Shown: positions 9,750 to 21,700 of the stretch, piece after piece
How positions within the stretch are numbered: position 1 is the first letter of the stretch
How the letters are laid out: each line of letters opens with the position of its first letter
Assembly: GCF_030028105.1 (NCBI RefSeq)
Contig: NC_092370.1
Location: 117,268,221 to 117,332,220 of the forward strand
Source of the DNA: Mobula birostris
Taxonomy: Eukaryota
Direction of reading: 5' to 3'
DNA length: 64,000 nt
Notes under the pieces: generated by a model
What the model saw: only the letters and a program-made list of their open reading frames with translations
Databases searched by the model: none
Told to the model about the DNA's origin: nothing
Position numbers and translations under genes: made by a program

Positions 9750-12700
9750 GTAAGATTCTTGGTGTCTTTCACTCTCTTAAGAGTGTCAAAGGGTTTGTGG
9801 GGAGGAGGCAAGAGAATGGGTTGGGAGGGATAACCAACGTCAGGGATGCGTAGTAAGAGCTAGCTTTCAGTCGGGAAGGTGATCGAGATTTTAAAGGCAG
9901 AGCTTCACGGCGGCTTCTCTGAGTTGAGGAGCAACCAATTCATTAGAAAGAGCCCATTAAAACGGCGCCGGTGCAAGTGGAACGGCCGTTCCTGTGAGTG
10001 TGCCCGTGCTCAGAGTGGCTTTGGCTCACCGGGCCTGGGGGAGGTGGGTTGTCTTGCAAGTTACTCTCACTCTGTCCTTCTTTGTTCATTCATGGTCTAT
10101 TATAGGGCATAATAGATTACTGAGAATAGCTCCCGGGGTAGCGTTTTGTACTGCGTGTGGGATGTGGGAAGTCTGGGAGATGTCCAGTCTCCCAGATAAC
10201 CATGTCTGCACCAGGTGCAGCGAGCTGCAGCTCCTGAGAGAGTGTATTAAGGAACTGGAGCTGCAGCTCGATGACCTTCGACTCATGCGGGAGAATGAGG
10301 AGGCGATAGAGAGGAGCTACATGGAATTAGTCACCTCTAGTTTGCAGGAGAGAGGTAACTGGATGACTGTCAGGAGGAGGAGGGGAAATGCAGATCCAGC
10401 GCAGAGTAAATCTGTGGCCATTCCCCTCAATAACAAGTGTACAAGTGTAGATAATATCGAGGGGGTGGCCACCGTGACGGAGTCTCTGACGCAGTCAGCA
10501 GAGAGGTGAAGAGGACTGCGGTATTGATCAGAGATTCTGTAGTCAGAGGAACAGTGACGAGGTTCTGTGGGTCCAATAGGGGCACTCAGTGGTACGTTGC
10601 CACCCTGGTGCCAGGATCAGGGATGTCTCGGATCGGGTCCATGGCATTCCCTCAAGGGTGAGGGTGAGCAGCCAGAAGCCTTGCTGCGTATTGGCACCGA
10701 TGACATAGGTAGATGAGGTGAGGGGGTCCTAAGATTTTAGAGAGTTGGGTAGAAAGCTGAGGTACAGGATCTCCAGAGTGGAAATCTCTGGATTGCTGCC
10801 CATGCCATGTGCCAGTGAGGTTAGGAATAGGACGATTTGCCAGGTGGATGCGTGGCTAAGGAACTGGTTCGGGGGACAGGGCGTCAGATTTATGGATCAT
10901 TGGGACCTCTTTCGGGGAAGGTATGACCTCTACAGCTAAACCGAAGGGAGTCCAATACCCTTGCGGGCAGGTTAGCTTAAATTGTTTGGGAGGGTTTAAA
11001 CTAATTTGACAGGGGCGTGGGAACCAGAGTGATAGTGGTGAAGATGGGGTAGCTGGTTTACAACAGAGGCAGTGTGTAGTGAGGAGAGGCTATTGATAGG
11101 GCAAAATTGCAGTCAGGATGAGTTGCAACATAAAAGGCAGACAAAATGGAAAAGGGTGAATACAGGACTTGAAGTTGTTTGAATGTGCGCAGTATGCGGA
11201 ATAAGATAGATGAACTTGTAGCAGAGTTACAGATAAGCGTGATATTGCAGGCATCACTGAATCATGGCTGAAAGAATATTATAGCTGGGAGCTTAATGTC
11301 CAAGGATACACATTGTATCAAAAGGACAGGCAGGAAGGCAGTGGTTGCATTGTTGCTCTTTTGGTAAAAAACTAAATCAAATCATTAGAAAGAGGCGACA
11401 TAGGGTCCGAAGGTGTTGAATCATTGTGGATAACTGCAAAGGTAAAAGACCCTGATGGGAGTTGTATACAGACCCCCAAACACTAGTAAGGTTGTGGTCT
11501 ACAAGTTACAATGGGAGATAAGAAATTGCATGCCAAAAGGGCAATGTTACAATAGTTTTGCGGGATTTCAATATGCAGGTAGATTGGGGAAAAAAGATAG
11601 GTGTTAGATTCCAGGAGGGGGAATTTTTAGAATGCCTACAAGATGGAGATTTAGAGAGGCTCGTGGTTGAGTCCACTAGGTGATCAGCTATTCTGGATTG
11701 GGTGTTGTGCAATGAACCAGAATTGATTAGAGAGCTTAAGAAAGAAGAACCCTTAGGGAAAATTGGTCATAATATGATCAAATTGACCCTGAAATTTGAG
11801 AAGGACGAAGTAAAAGTCTGATGAATCAGTGTTACAGAGTAAAGAGAGTTGCAGAGGCATGAGAGAGGAGTTGACCAGAATTGATTGGAAAAGAACACTG
11901 GCAGGGATGATGGCAGAGCAGCAATGGCTGGAATTTCTGAAAGCAATTTGGAAGGCACAGAATATATACATCCCAAAGAGGAAGAAGTATTCTAAAGGCA
12001 AGATGACATTACCATGGCTAACAAGGGAAGTGAAAGCCAACATAAAAGCCAAAGAGGTATATAATAGAGCAAAAATTAGTGGGAAGTTTTGGGAAGACTG
12101 TAAGACCAACAGAAGGCAAGTGAATTAAGTCATTTAAGAAAGTAAACGTGGAATGTGAAAATAAGCTCACCAGTAATATTAAAGAGGATCCCAGAAGTTT
12201 CTGCAGATGCATGAAGTGTAAGAAGAGGTGAGGGTGGCTATCCAACTGCTTGAAAGTGATGCTGGAGAGGTAGTAATGGGGGACAAGGAAATTGGCAGTC
12301 AAACTAAATAAACATTTTGCATCAGTCTTCACTGTGGAAGACACTAAGAGATTTGGTGGAAGTTCCAGGTGTCGGGTCATGGGGTGTGTGAAGTTACCAT
12401 TACTAAAGGGAAGGGTCTTAGGAAACTTAAAAGTTTGAAGGTAGATAAGTCACTGGGACCAGATGTTGTACACCCCAGAGTTCTGAAAGAAAAAACTGAA
12501 GAGATTGTGGGGGCATTAGTAATGCTCTTTCAAGAATTACTGGATTCTGGAATGGCTTCAGAAGACTGGAAAATTGCAATGTCACTCCACTGTTCCAGAA
12601 GGGTGAGAGGCAGAAGAAAGGAAACTATAGACCAGTTTAGTCTGACCTCAGTGGTTGGGAAGATGTTGGCATCTATTAAGCATGAGATTCCAGGGTTCTT

Positions 12701-15700
12701 GGAAGCACATGATAGAATAGGCCGTAGTCAGTATCCTTTCCTCAAGGATAAATCTTGCCAGCCCAATCTGTTGGAATTCTTTGAAGAAATAACAAGCAGA
12801 ATAGGCAAAGGAGAATCGGTTGATGTTGTGTACTTGGATTTCTAGAAGGTCTTTGATAAGGTGCCACACAAGAGGCTGCTTGACAAGTTACGAGCCCATG
12901 GTATTACAGGAAAGTTTCTAGCATGGATAAAGCAGTGGCTGATTGGCAGGAGGCAAAGAGTGGGAATAAAAGGGGCCTTTTTTGGTAGGCTGCCAATGAC
13001 TAGTGGTGGTCCACAGGGGTCTGTGTTGGAATTGATTCTTTTTATGTTATATGTCAATTATTTGGATGATGGAATTGATGGCTTTGCAGACGATAGGAAG
13101 GTGGAGGGGCAGATAGTTTTAAGGATACAGAAGGTCTTAGATTAGGAGAATGAGCAAAGAAGTGGCAGATGGAATACAGTGTCATGAAGTATATAGTCAT
13201 GCACTTTGGTAGGAGAAATGAGATGATGACTAGTTTCTAACTGGAGAGAAAATACAAAAAACTGAGGTCAAAGGGACTGTGGAGTCCTTGTGCAGGATTC
13301 CCTAAAGGTTAATTTGCAGGTTGAATCTGTGGTGAGGAAGACAAGTGCAATGTTTGTATTAATGTCAAGAGGACTAGAATATAAAAGCAAAAATGTAATG
13401 TTGAGACTTTATAAAGCACTGGTGAGGCCTCACTTGGAGTATTGTGAGCAGTTTTGGGCCCCTTATCGTAGAAAAGAAGTGCTGAAACTGGAGAGGCTTC
13501 AAAGGAGGTTCACAGAAATGATTCCAGGAATGAAAGAATTGTTGTGTGAGGAGTGTTTGATGGCTGTGGGCCTATATTCACTAGAATTTAGGAGAATGAC
13601 CTCATTGAAACCTATCAAATGGTGAAAGGCCTTGATAGAGTGGATGTGGAGGAGATGTTTCCTATGGTGAGAGTGTCTAAGACCAGAGGACACAGACCCC
13701 AAATAGAGCGGTGTCCTTTTAGAATGGAGATGAGAAGGAATTTCTTTAGCCAGAAAGAGGTGAATCTGTGGAATTCTTTGCCACAGGCAGCAATGGAGGC
13801 CAAGTCTTTATGTATATTTAAGGCAGAGGTTGATAGATTCTTAATTGGTCAGGGCATGAAGAGATTCGGGGAGGCAGGAAATTGGAGCTGAGAGGAAAAT
13901 TGGATCAGCCCAGATGAAATGGTGGAGCAGACTCGATGGGCCAAATAGCCTAATTCTGCTTCTATGTCTTATGGTGCCTCTAACTTTGTCATCCTACAAC
14001 AAAATCAGTAATTTGCATTTATATAGCACCATTAATGTGGTAGCTCACCCCCAAATGACTCCAATGTATCTGACAATGGACGATATTAGACGAACAGCCG
14101 AGGGTTTTGAGGAGTGACGGGGTTGGTTGGGGTGATGGATTTTGAGGAGTGACGGGGTTGGTTGGGGTGATGGGTTTTGAGGAGTGACGGTTGGTTGGAG
14201 TGATGGGTTTTGAGGAGTGACGGGGTTGGTTGGGGTGATGGGTTTTGAGGAGTGACGGGGTTGGTTGGAGTGATGGGTTTTGAGGAGTGACAGGGTTGGT
14301 TGGAGTGATGGATTTTGAGGAGTGACGGGGTTGGTTGGGGTGATGGGTTTTGAGGAGTGACGGGGTTGGTTGGAGTGATGGGTTTTGAGAAGTGACAGGG
14401 TTGGTTGGAGTGATGGGTTTTGAGGAGTGACGGTTGGTTGGAGTGATGGGTTTTGAGGAGTGACGGGGTTGGTTGGAGTGATGGATTTTGAGGAGTGACG
14501 GGGTTGGTTGGGGCGATGGGTTTTGAGGAGTGACGGGGTTGGTTGGAGTGATGGGTTTTGAGGAGTGACGGGGTTGGTTGGAGTGATGGGTTTTGAGGAG
14601 TGACGGGGTTGGTTGGAGTGATGGATTTTGAGGAGTGACGGGGTTGGTTGGGGTGATGGGTTTTGAGGAGTGACGGTTGGTTGGGGTGATGGATTTTGAG
14701 GAGTGACGGGGTTGGTTGGGGTGATGGGTTTTGAGGAGTGACGGTTGGTTGGGGTGATGGATTTTGAGGAGTGACGGGGTTGGTTGGAGTGATGGGTTTT
14801 GAGGAGTGACGGGGTTGGTTGGAGTGATGGATTTTGAGGAGTGACGGGGTTGGTTGGAGTGATGGATTTTGAGGAGTGACGGGGTTGGTTGGAGTGATGG
14901 ATTTTGAGGAGTGACGGGGTTGGTTGGGGTGATGGGTTTTGAGGAGTGACGGTTGGTTGGAGTGATGGGTTTTGAGGAGTGACAGGGTTGGTTGGGGTGA
15001 TGGGTTTTGAGGAGTGACGGGGTTGGTTGGGGTGATGGGTTTTGAGGAGTGACGGGGTTGGTTGGGGTGATGGGTTTTGAGGAGTGACGGGGTTGGTTGG
15101 AGTGATGGGTTTTGAGGAGTGACGGGGTTGGTTGGAGTGATGGGTTTTGAGGAGTGACGGGGTTGGTTGGGGTGATGGGTTTTGAGGAGTGACGGGGTTG
15201 GTTGGGGTGATGGGTTTTGAGGAGTGACAGGGTTGGTTGGGGTGATGGGTTTTGAGGAGTGACGGTTGGTTGGAGTGATGGGTTTTGAGGAGTGACAGGG
15301 TTGGTTGGAGTGATGGGTTTTGAGGAGTGACGGTTGGTTGGGGTGATGGGTTTTGAGGAGTGACGGGGTTGGTTGGAGTGATGGGTTTTGAGGAGTGACG
15401 GGGTTGGTTGGGGTGATGGGTTTTGAGGAGTGACGGGGTTGGTTGGAGTGATGGATTTTGAGGAGTGACGGGGTTGGTTGGAGTGATGGGTTTTGAGGAG
15501 TGATGGGGTTGGTTGGAGTGATGGATTTTGAGGAGTGACGGGGTTGGTTGGAGTGATGGATTTTGAGGAGTGACGGGGTTGGTTGGAGTGATGGGGTTGG
15601 TTGGGGTGATGGGTTTTGAGGAGTGACGGGGTTGGTTGGAGTGATGGATTTTGAGGAGTGACGGGGTTGGTTGGAGTGATGGGTTTTGAGGAGTGACGGG

Positions 15701-18700
15701 GTTGGTTGGAGTGATGGGTTTTGAGGAGTGACAGGGTTGGTTGGGGTGATGGGTTTTGAGGAGTGACAGGGTTGGTTGGGGTGATGGGTTTTGAGGAGTG
15801 ACGGTTGGTTGGAGTGATGGGTTTTGAGGAGTGACGGGGTTGGTTGGAGTGATGGATTTTGAGGAGTGACGGTTGGTTGGGGTGATGGGTTTTGAGGAGT
15901 GACGGGGTTGGTTGGAGTGATGGATTTTGAGGAGTGACGGGGTTGGTTGGAGTGATGGATTTTGAGGAGTGACGGGGTTGGTTGGGGTGATGGGTTTTGA
16001 GGAGTGACGGGGTTGGTTGGAGTGATGGATTTTGAGGAGTGACGGGGTTGGTTGGAGTGATGGGTTTTGAGGAGTGACGGGGTTGGTTGGGGTGATGGGT
16101 TTTGAGGAGTGACGGGGTTGGTTGGGGTGATGGATTTTGAGGAGTGACAGGGTTGGTTGGGGTGAAGGGTTTTGAGGAGTGATGGGGTTGGTTGGGGTGA
16201 TGGGTTTTGAGGAGTGACGGTTGGTTGGGGTGATGGGTTTTGAGGAGTGACAGGGTTGGTTGGAGTGATGGGTTTTGAGGAGTGACGGTTGGTTGGGGTG
16301 ATGGGTTTTGAGGAGTGACGGGGTTGGTTGGAGTGATGGGTTTTGAGGAGTGACGGGGTTGGTTGGAGTGATGGGTTTTGAGGAGTGATGGGGTTGGTTG
16401 GAGTGATGGATTTTGAGGAGTGACGGGGTTGGTTGGAGTGATGGGTTTTGAGGAGTGACAGGGTTGGTTGGGGTGATGGGTTTTGAGGAGTGACGGGGTT
16501 GGTTGGAGTGATGGGTTTTGAGGAGTGACAGGGTTGGTTGGGGTGATGGGTTTTGAGGAGTGACGGGGTTGGTTGGAGTGATGGATTTTGAGGAGTGACG
16601 GGGTTGGTTGGGGTGATGGGTTTTGAGGAGTGACGGTTGGTTGGGGTGATGGGTTTTGAGGAGTGACAGGGTTGGTTGGAGTGATGGGTTTTGAGGAGTG
16701 ACGGGGTTGGTTGGAGTGATGGGTTTTGAGGAGTGACGGTTGGTTGGAGTGATGGATTTTGAGGAGTGATGGGGTTGGTTGGTGTGATGGGTTTTGAGGA
16801 GTGACGGGGTTGGTTGGGGTGATGGGTTTTGAGGAGTGACGGGGTTGGTTGGGGTGATGGGTTTTGAGGAGTGACGGTTGGTTGGGGTGATGGGTTTTGA
16901 GGAGTGACGGGGTTGGTTGGAGTGATGGGTTTTGAGGAGTGACGGGGTTGGTTGGAGTGATGGGTTTTGAGGAGTGACGGGGTTGGTTGGAGTGATGGAT
17001 TTTGAGGAGTGACGGGGTTGGTTGGAGTGATGGGTTTTGAGGAGTGACGGGGTTGGTTGGGGTGATGGATTTTGAGGAGTGACGGGGTTGGTTGGGGTGA
17101 TGGGTTTTGAGGAGTGACAGGGTTGGTTGGGGTGATGGGTTTTGAGGAGTGACGGGGTTGGTTGGAGTGATGGGTTTTGAGGAGTGACGGGGTTGGTTGG
17201 AGTGATGGATTTTGAGGAGTGACAGGGTTGGTTGGGGTGATGGGTTTTGAGGAGTGACGGAGTTGGTTGGAATGATGGATTTTGAGGAGCGCTGAGAAGA
17301 ACGGCAGAAGCAGGCATGTTTGGAATGGGATTCCCTTGGCTGTTGAAAACATGAAAAGCTGATATTGGAGGATTGCTGGGATTTTGGAATTGCAGGATTG
17401 GAGGAAGAGAGTCGGCAGGAATTTGAAAACATGGAGAATTTTAACTGTGATGCTGGAGAGCTAGAACCAGTGAAGTCGATGAGTAGGGGGCCACAGGGTA
17501 GCAGAGGTGTGGATAATGTAAGCTTCTCATATTTGTTCATGGCATGGGCAATGTGGAGACAGTTTAATGTCATCCGTGTTGGAGTCACATTAGATGAAGG
17601 GCAAGGACGTATGTGAATACGTTTGTAAATATGAGCTCATCGAAATAGAAAATGGGATTGAAAGGCCTGGATAAATTGGTGCTGGTGCTCAACAGGACGT
17701 GGGTGTCCTCGTGTACAGATCACTGAAGTTAACTTGCAAGAACAACATGCAAGTAGACAGATAAAAGAATTGCAAGAGTAATCTTGCTGCAATGATGTAG
17801 GACCCCGATGAGTCTGCTTCCGGAACTGTTTGAATAGGTCTGGTGTTCCTCTGCACTTCCCCCTGGTGGCTCTGGTTGTCGTCAGTTGCAAGAGAACATT
17901 GTGTGAGAAATTTTAAAACTCTAACTTTAATGAGCTTGAATAGATTGCAGATGGGGAGGGGTTTGAGTAGGCAGATAAGTAAGTTGATTGTTTTTGTCGG
18001 ACATGCCTGTGGTACTCTTGTGTCCCTGCAGTGCCTGAATGCAGACCATTTATTCTTGTCCCATGGAATGCCCCCACATGCGACTCTGAGTGCTGAGCAG
18101 TTCAGCTACCTTTGCCCTGCCCTCCTGGATCAAATTGAAAGCAGGGCATGTATCGGACGTGAACCTGGAAAGATGTATTCCACCTATTTCATTGGGGCAG
18201 GTGAGTCACTTCATGTAATTTGGCTGAGTGCCTCCTATTGAGTGGTATACATGACTACAATACATTACTGCAATGAACAGGACTGTGGGGGTAGGGTTGT
18301 TTTTTAGTGTTTCAGGTTGAAACGCAGCATCAGCTGATGTATAATCCAGCAAATTATATATATCTCATTGTTCTGGTGAAGCTCTCCACAAAGCCTTTTA
18401 GACGTTGAGAGCTGAATTACTTCATTCAAAGATTTAGAAATATCTTGCATAACCTGCTTTTGTTTCACCATTTTTTATGAAACCAAAGGATTCATGCGTT
18501 TAACAGCTTTAGCTTAGGGAAGTAGGATTTTTTTTAAAAAAACACATTATGGTTTACAGTACCACATTATCCACTACTACAAAGGTGCATTCTTGGTGAG
18601 GAACAGGGAATAGCAAATCATTTATCAATTCACATCTTTCTATCGAATAGACTAGAATAGTGTAGTATACTTTTTACTAACCTTCCAAAGCAGTCTATTG

Positions 18701-21700
18701 ATAAACTTCAACTTATTCAGAACGACATTGCCAGACTTTCAACTAAAATCAGGATGAGGGAGCATATCACTCCGATCCTATCTACTCTGCACGGGCTTCC
18801 TGAATCTTTTAGAATTGATTTTGAAGTTCTCTTACTTGTTTTTAAAGCTCTCAATAGTCTGGGATGGAAGTACATCACAGAATTGCTTTTGTCTTATAAT
18901 CTTGCTCGAGTTCTCAAGTCGTCTTCTACCAGTCTCTTAAATTTAAACAATTTCCCTCAAAAGATAATTGGCAGGTTAGCTTTCTTGAACTACGCTCCTA
19001 ATTCCATACCTAAAACTATAAGGGATAGAGATTCAGTCCAACTCAAAGCCTATTTATTTAACCTTGCTTTTAACTGACTATTTGTCTTTTGTTTTCATGT
19101 TTGCATTTTATCTCATTGTAAAGCACGTTGACCTACATTGTCCATATGAAAAGTGCTATGTAAATAAGTTATTATTATCAAATCTTATTGAAATGGTTAG
19201 AAGTTCTGTTCTTGGAAGATATAATGAAGCATTTATTTCTGCCTGTTCCTTGTTTTACGATAGCTTGGATTGGAGGATTTGTGTCTGTCACCGTCATCAG
19301 TCTGCTGTCACTTTTGGGTATCATCTTCATGCCTTTAATGAATAAGACTTTCTTCAAGTTTCTCTTGACGTTCCTGGTTGCTTTGGCTGTTGGGACACTG
19401 AGTGGGGATGCGTTTTTACATCTTTTGCCACACGTAAGTACTGTTTATATGTTGAATCTATTTTTTCAGAAGTGTAATTTTTCAAACAAAACCTAAGAGC
19501 CCACTGAGGGTGCAGCTGAAAACACTGCGAGCACTAATCTATTGGAACCATGCAACCTACTTTACAAAGGTGTACTTACTTTTGGAAACCATTTCCATAT
19601 CAATATTTGTTGAGGATTTGCCTAAATTTAAGTCTCAGCATCTGAATGTTTTGCTCTAGCTGTTGACAATTCCAGGTTCTCCTAACAGCCGCTGCTCTGG
19701 GGGACTGAGTGATGAACAATAGCTAGGTCATATCAGAAGGTTGATTTGAAGGAGGGTTGTGCACCAGGTTAAGAGGTCCTTGTGCTGGCTTAAAGGGCAG
19801 TACCTCAGGTACTTTGTTACTAGATCTTGAGCAATGCTTGTGATAATCCCACCACCACCTGTACTCAAAATCCGGTATACCCATGGTCATTCTCTCTCCA
19901 CCTATATGATCACCAGAATCCCAGTGAGATGTGAAACAGACATCTGCTGTGTTCAGTGCTTGTAAAGGATCCCTTGGCTTCTGTTTTGAATGAGCACAGG
20001 AGGTTTTCCCTGACATTCTTGCTGGTAATGACCCCACCACTGACATCACCCAAACAGATTACCTGGTCACCAACATTTTTGTGCAGGGTTGCTGCTGCAT
20101 TCCCAATGTAATAACAGTGTCTACCCTTCAGACGTACTAAAATGATTGGGGCTAGAAATAGAATAGAAGCTGAAACTTGTGGGACTCCTTCATTACTTTG
20201 GAACTAAAAACAAGTATTCTCTTTCCAGTCTCAAGGCGTCCATCACCACAGTGCCGAACAGCATGAACACCCTGAAGAAGACCACGATCATTTGAATTAT
20301 GTGTGGAAGGGGCTCACAGCTCTTGGTGGCCTTTACTTTATGTTTCTCATCGAACATTTGATAACTTTAATTAAATTGTACAAAGGGAAAAGGAAGGTAA
20401 GGCCTTTTCTGTCCCTAATATTTTAAAGAGGTTAAAGATCAGCTTTATTTGTCATATATACAGTGAAATGCGTCAAATCAAATCAGCAAGGATTGTGCTG
20501 GGGGGCAGCCCATAAGTTTTGCCATACTTCTGGTGCCAACGTAGGGGAGGGAACGTCGACTCAGACCATGGGAGGCCTGCATCGGGTGTTTTCATGCCTT
20601 ACAAGGCAGAGATTGGAAGTCTGTGTGGAGCGCCACTCCTCGCACAGACACTAGAGCAATGTGTGGTTAAGTGCCTTGCCCAAGGACACAAACACGCTGC
20701 CACAGCTGAGGCTCAAACATAGAATGCCCACAACTTACTAAACCTACCCTGCAACACACGCAGAATGCTGGAGGAACTCAGCAGGCCAGGCAGCATCTAT
20801 GGAAAGAGTAGAATCGATGTTTTTCTTCGGCTGTACTTTTTCCATAGAAGTTGCTCGGCCTGCTGAGCTCCTCCAGCATCTTGTGTATGTTGCTCGGATT
20901 TCCAGCATCTGCAGATTTTCTCCTGTTTGTGATTAAGCTTGCCCCGTGCGTCTTTGGAATGAGGGAGGAAACCAGAGCATCCAGAGAAAGCCGATGTGGT
21001 CAGGAGAGAACGTACAAACTCCGTACAGAATTGAACCCCTGTCTTACTACTGGCACTGTAAAGTGTTGCACCACTGTGACAAGCGGAAGGATAACTTTAT
21101 TGCCATAGTAATTGTCTTGAATATTTGTCGTCTGGTTTCCTCCTTTAGGATTTTTGAATGGGAAGGTAAAACTGCCTTAGTTGTAACTTTTCATGTATGG
21201 CTAATTAATGGAGGGATTGAATCCAGATAGCAGGCAATACAGATTGTATTATAATGAGGAAATTCAGTGATACAATTGAGATTTTCAAGCAGAGAAGGTT
21301 AGGAGATTTCAGAAATATGTTTGGATGAATAAATAAAAATAAATTTTCCAGTGACAGAATTTGGCCAATGGGGCCTGGGATTGTAAGAGATTCACAGGTG
21401 AACTCTGGATTATGTGTGAATGTTTTTAACAGACCAAGTTACTTTGGCAGCAAGGAGCTGCCTGTAAAGGTGATGGAAGTGTATTTGAATGGGACCTGGT
21501 TAAGTTTTTCTCTGCTACAAGTAGGGCTCTCTCTGCCACATGTTGCCAGCATTCCTGTAATGTATTTTGCTCAGTCTTTTCAGTTTACAACATTTCACTT
21601 TTGTTTAAATCAAGGAAAAAATCTGAATATTGAAATATTTAAGGAGCTAGTGTTGATTCAGACATACACAAAATGATTTCTTTGAAGTCTTGAGTGCTTA

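Noticed and set aside
14019-17588. Three overlapping ~1100-1190 aa ORFs on the minus strand resembling mucin or Pro/His-rich proteins
   Set aside because: Artefact of a 35-bp repeat that has no stop codons on that strand. All three frames are open and the 33/35-bp units shift frame freely.
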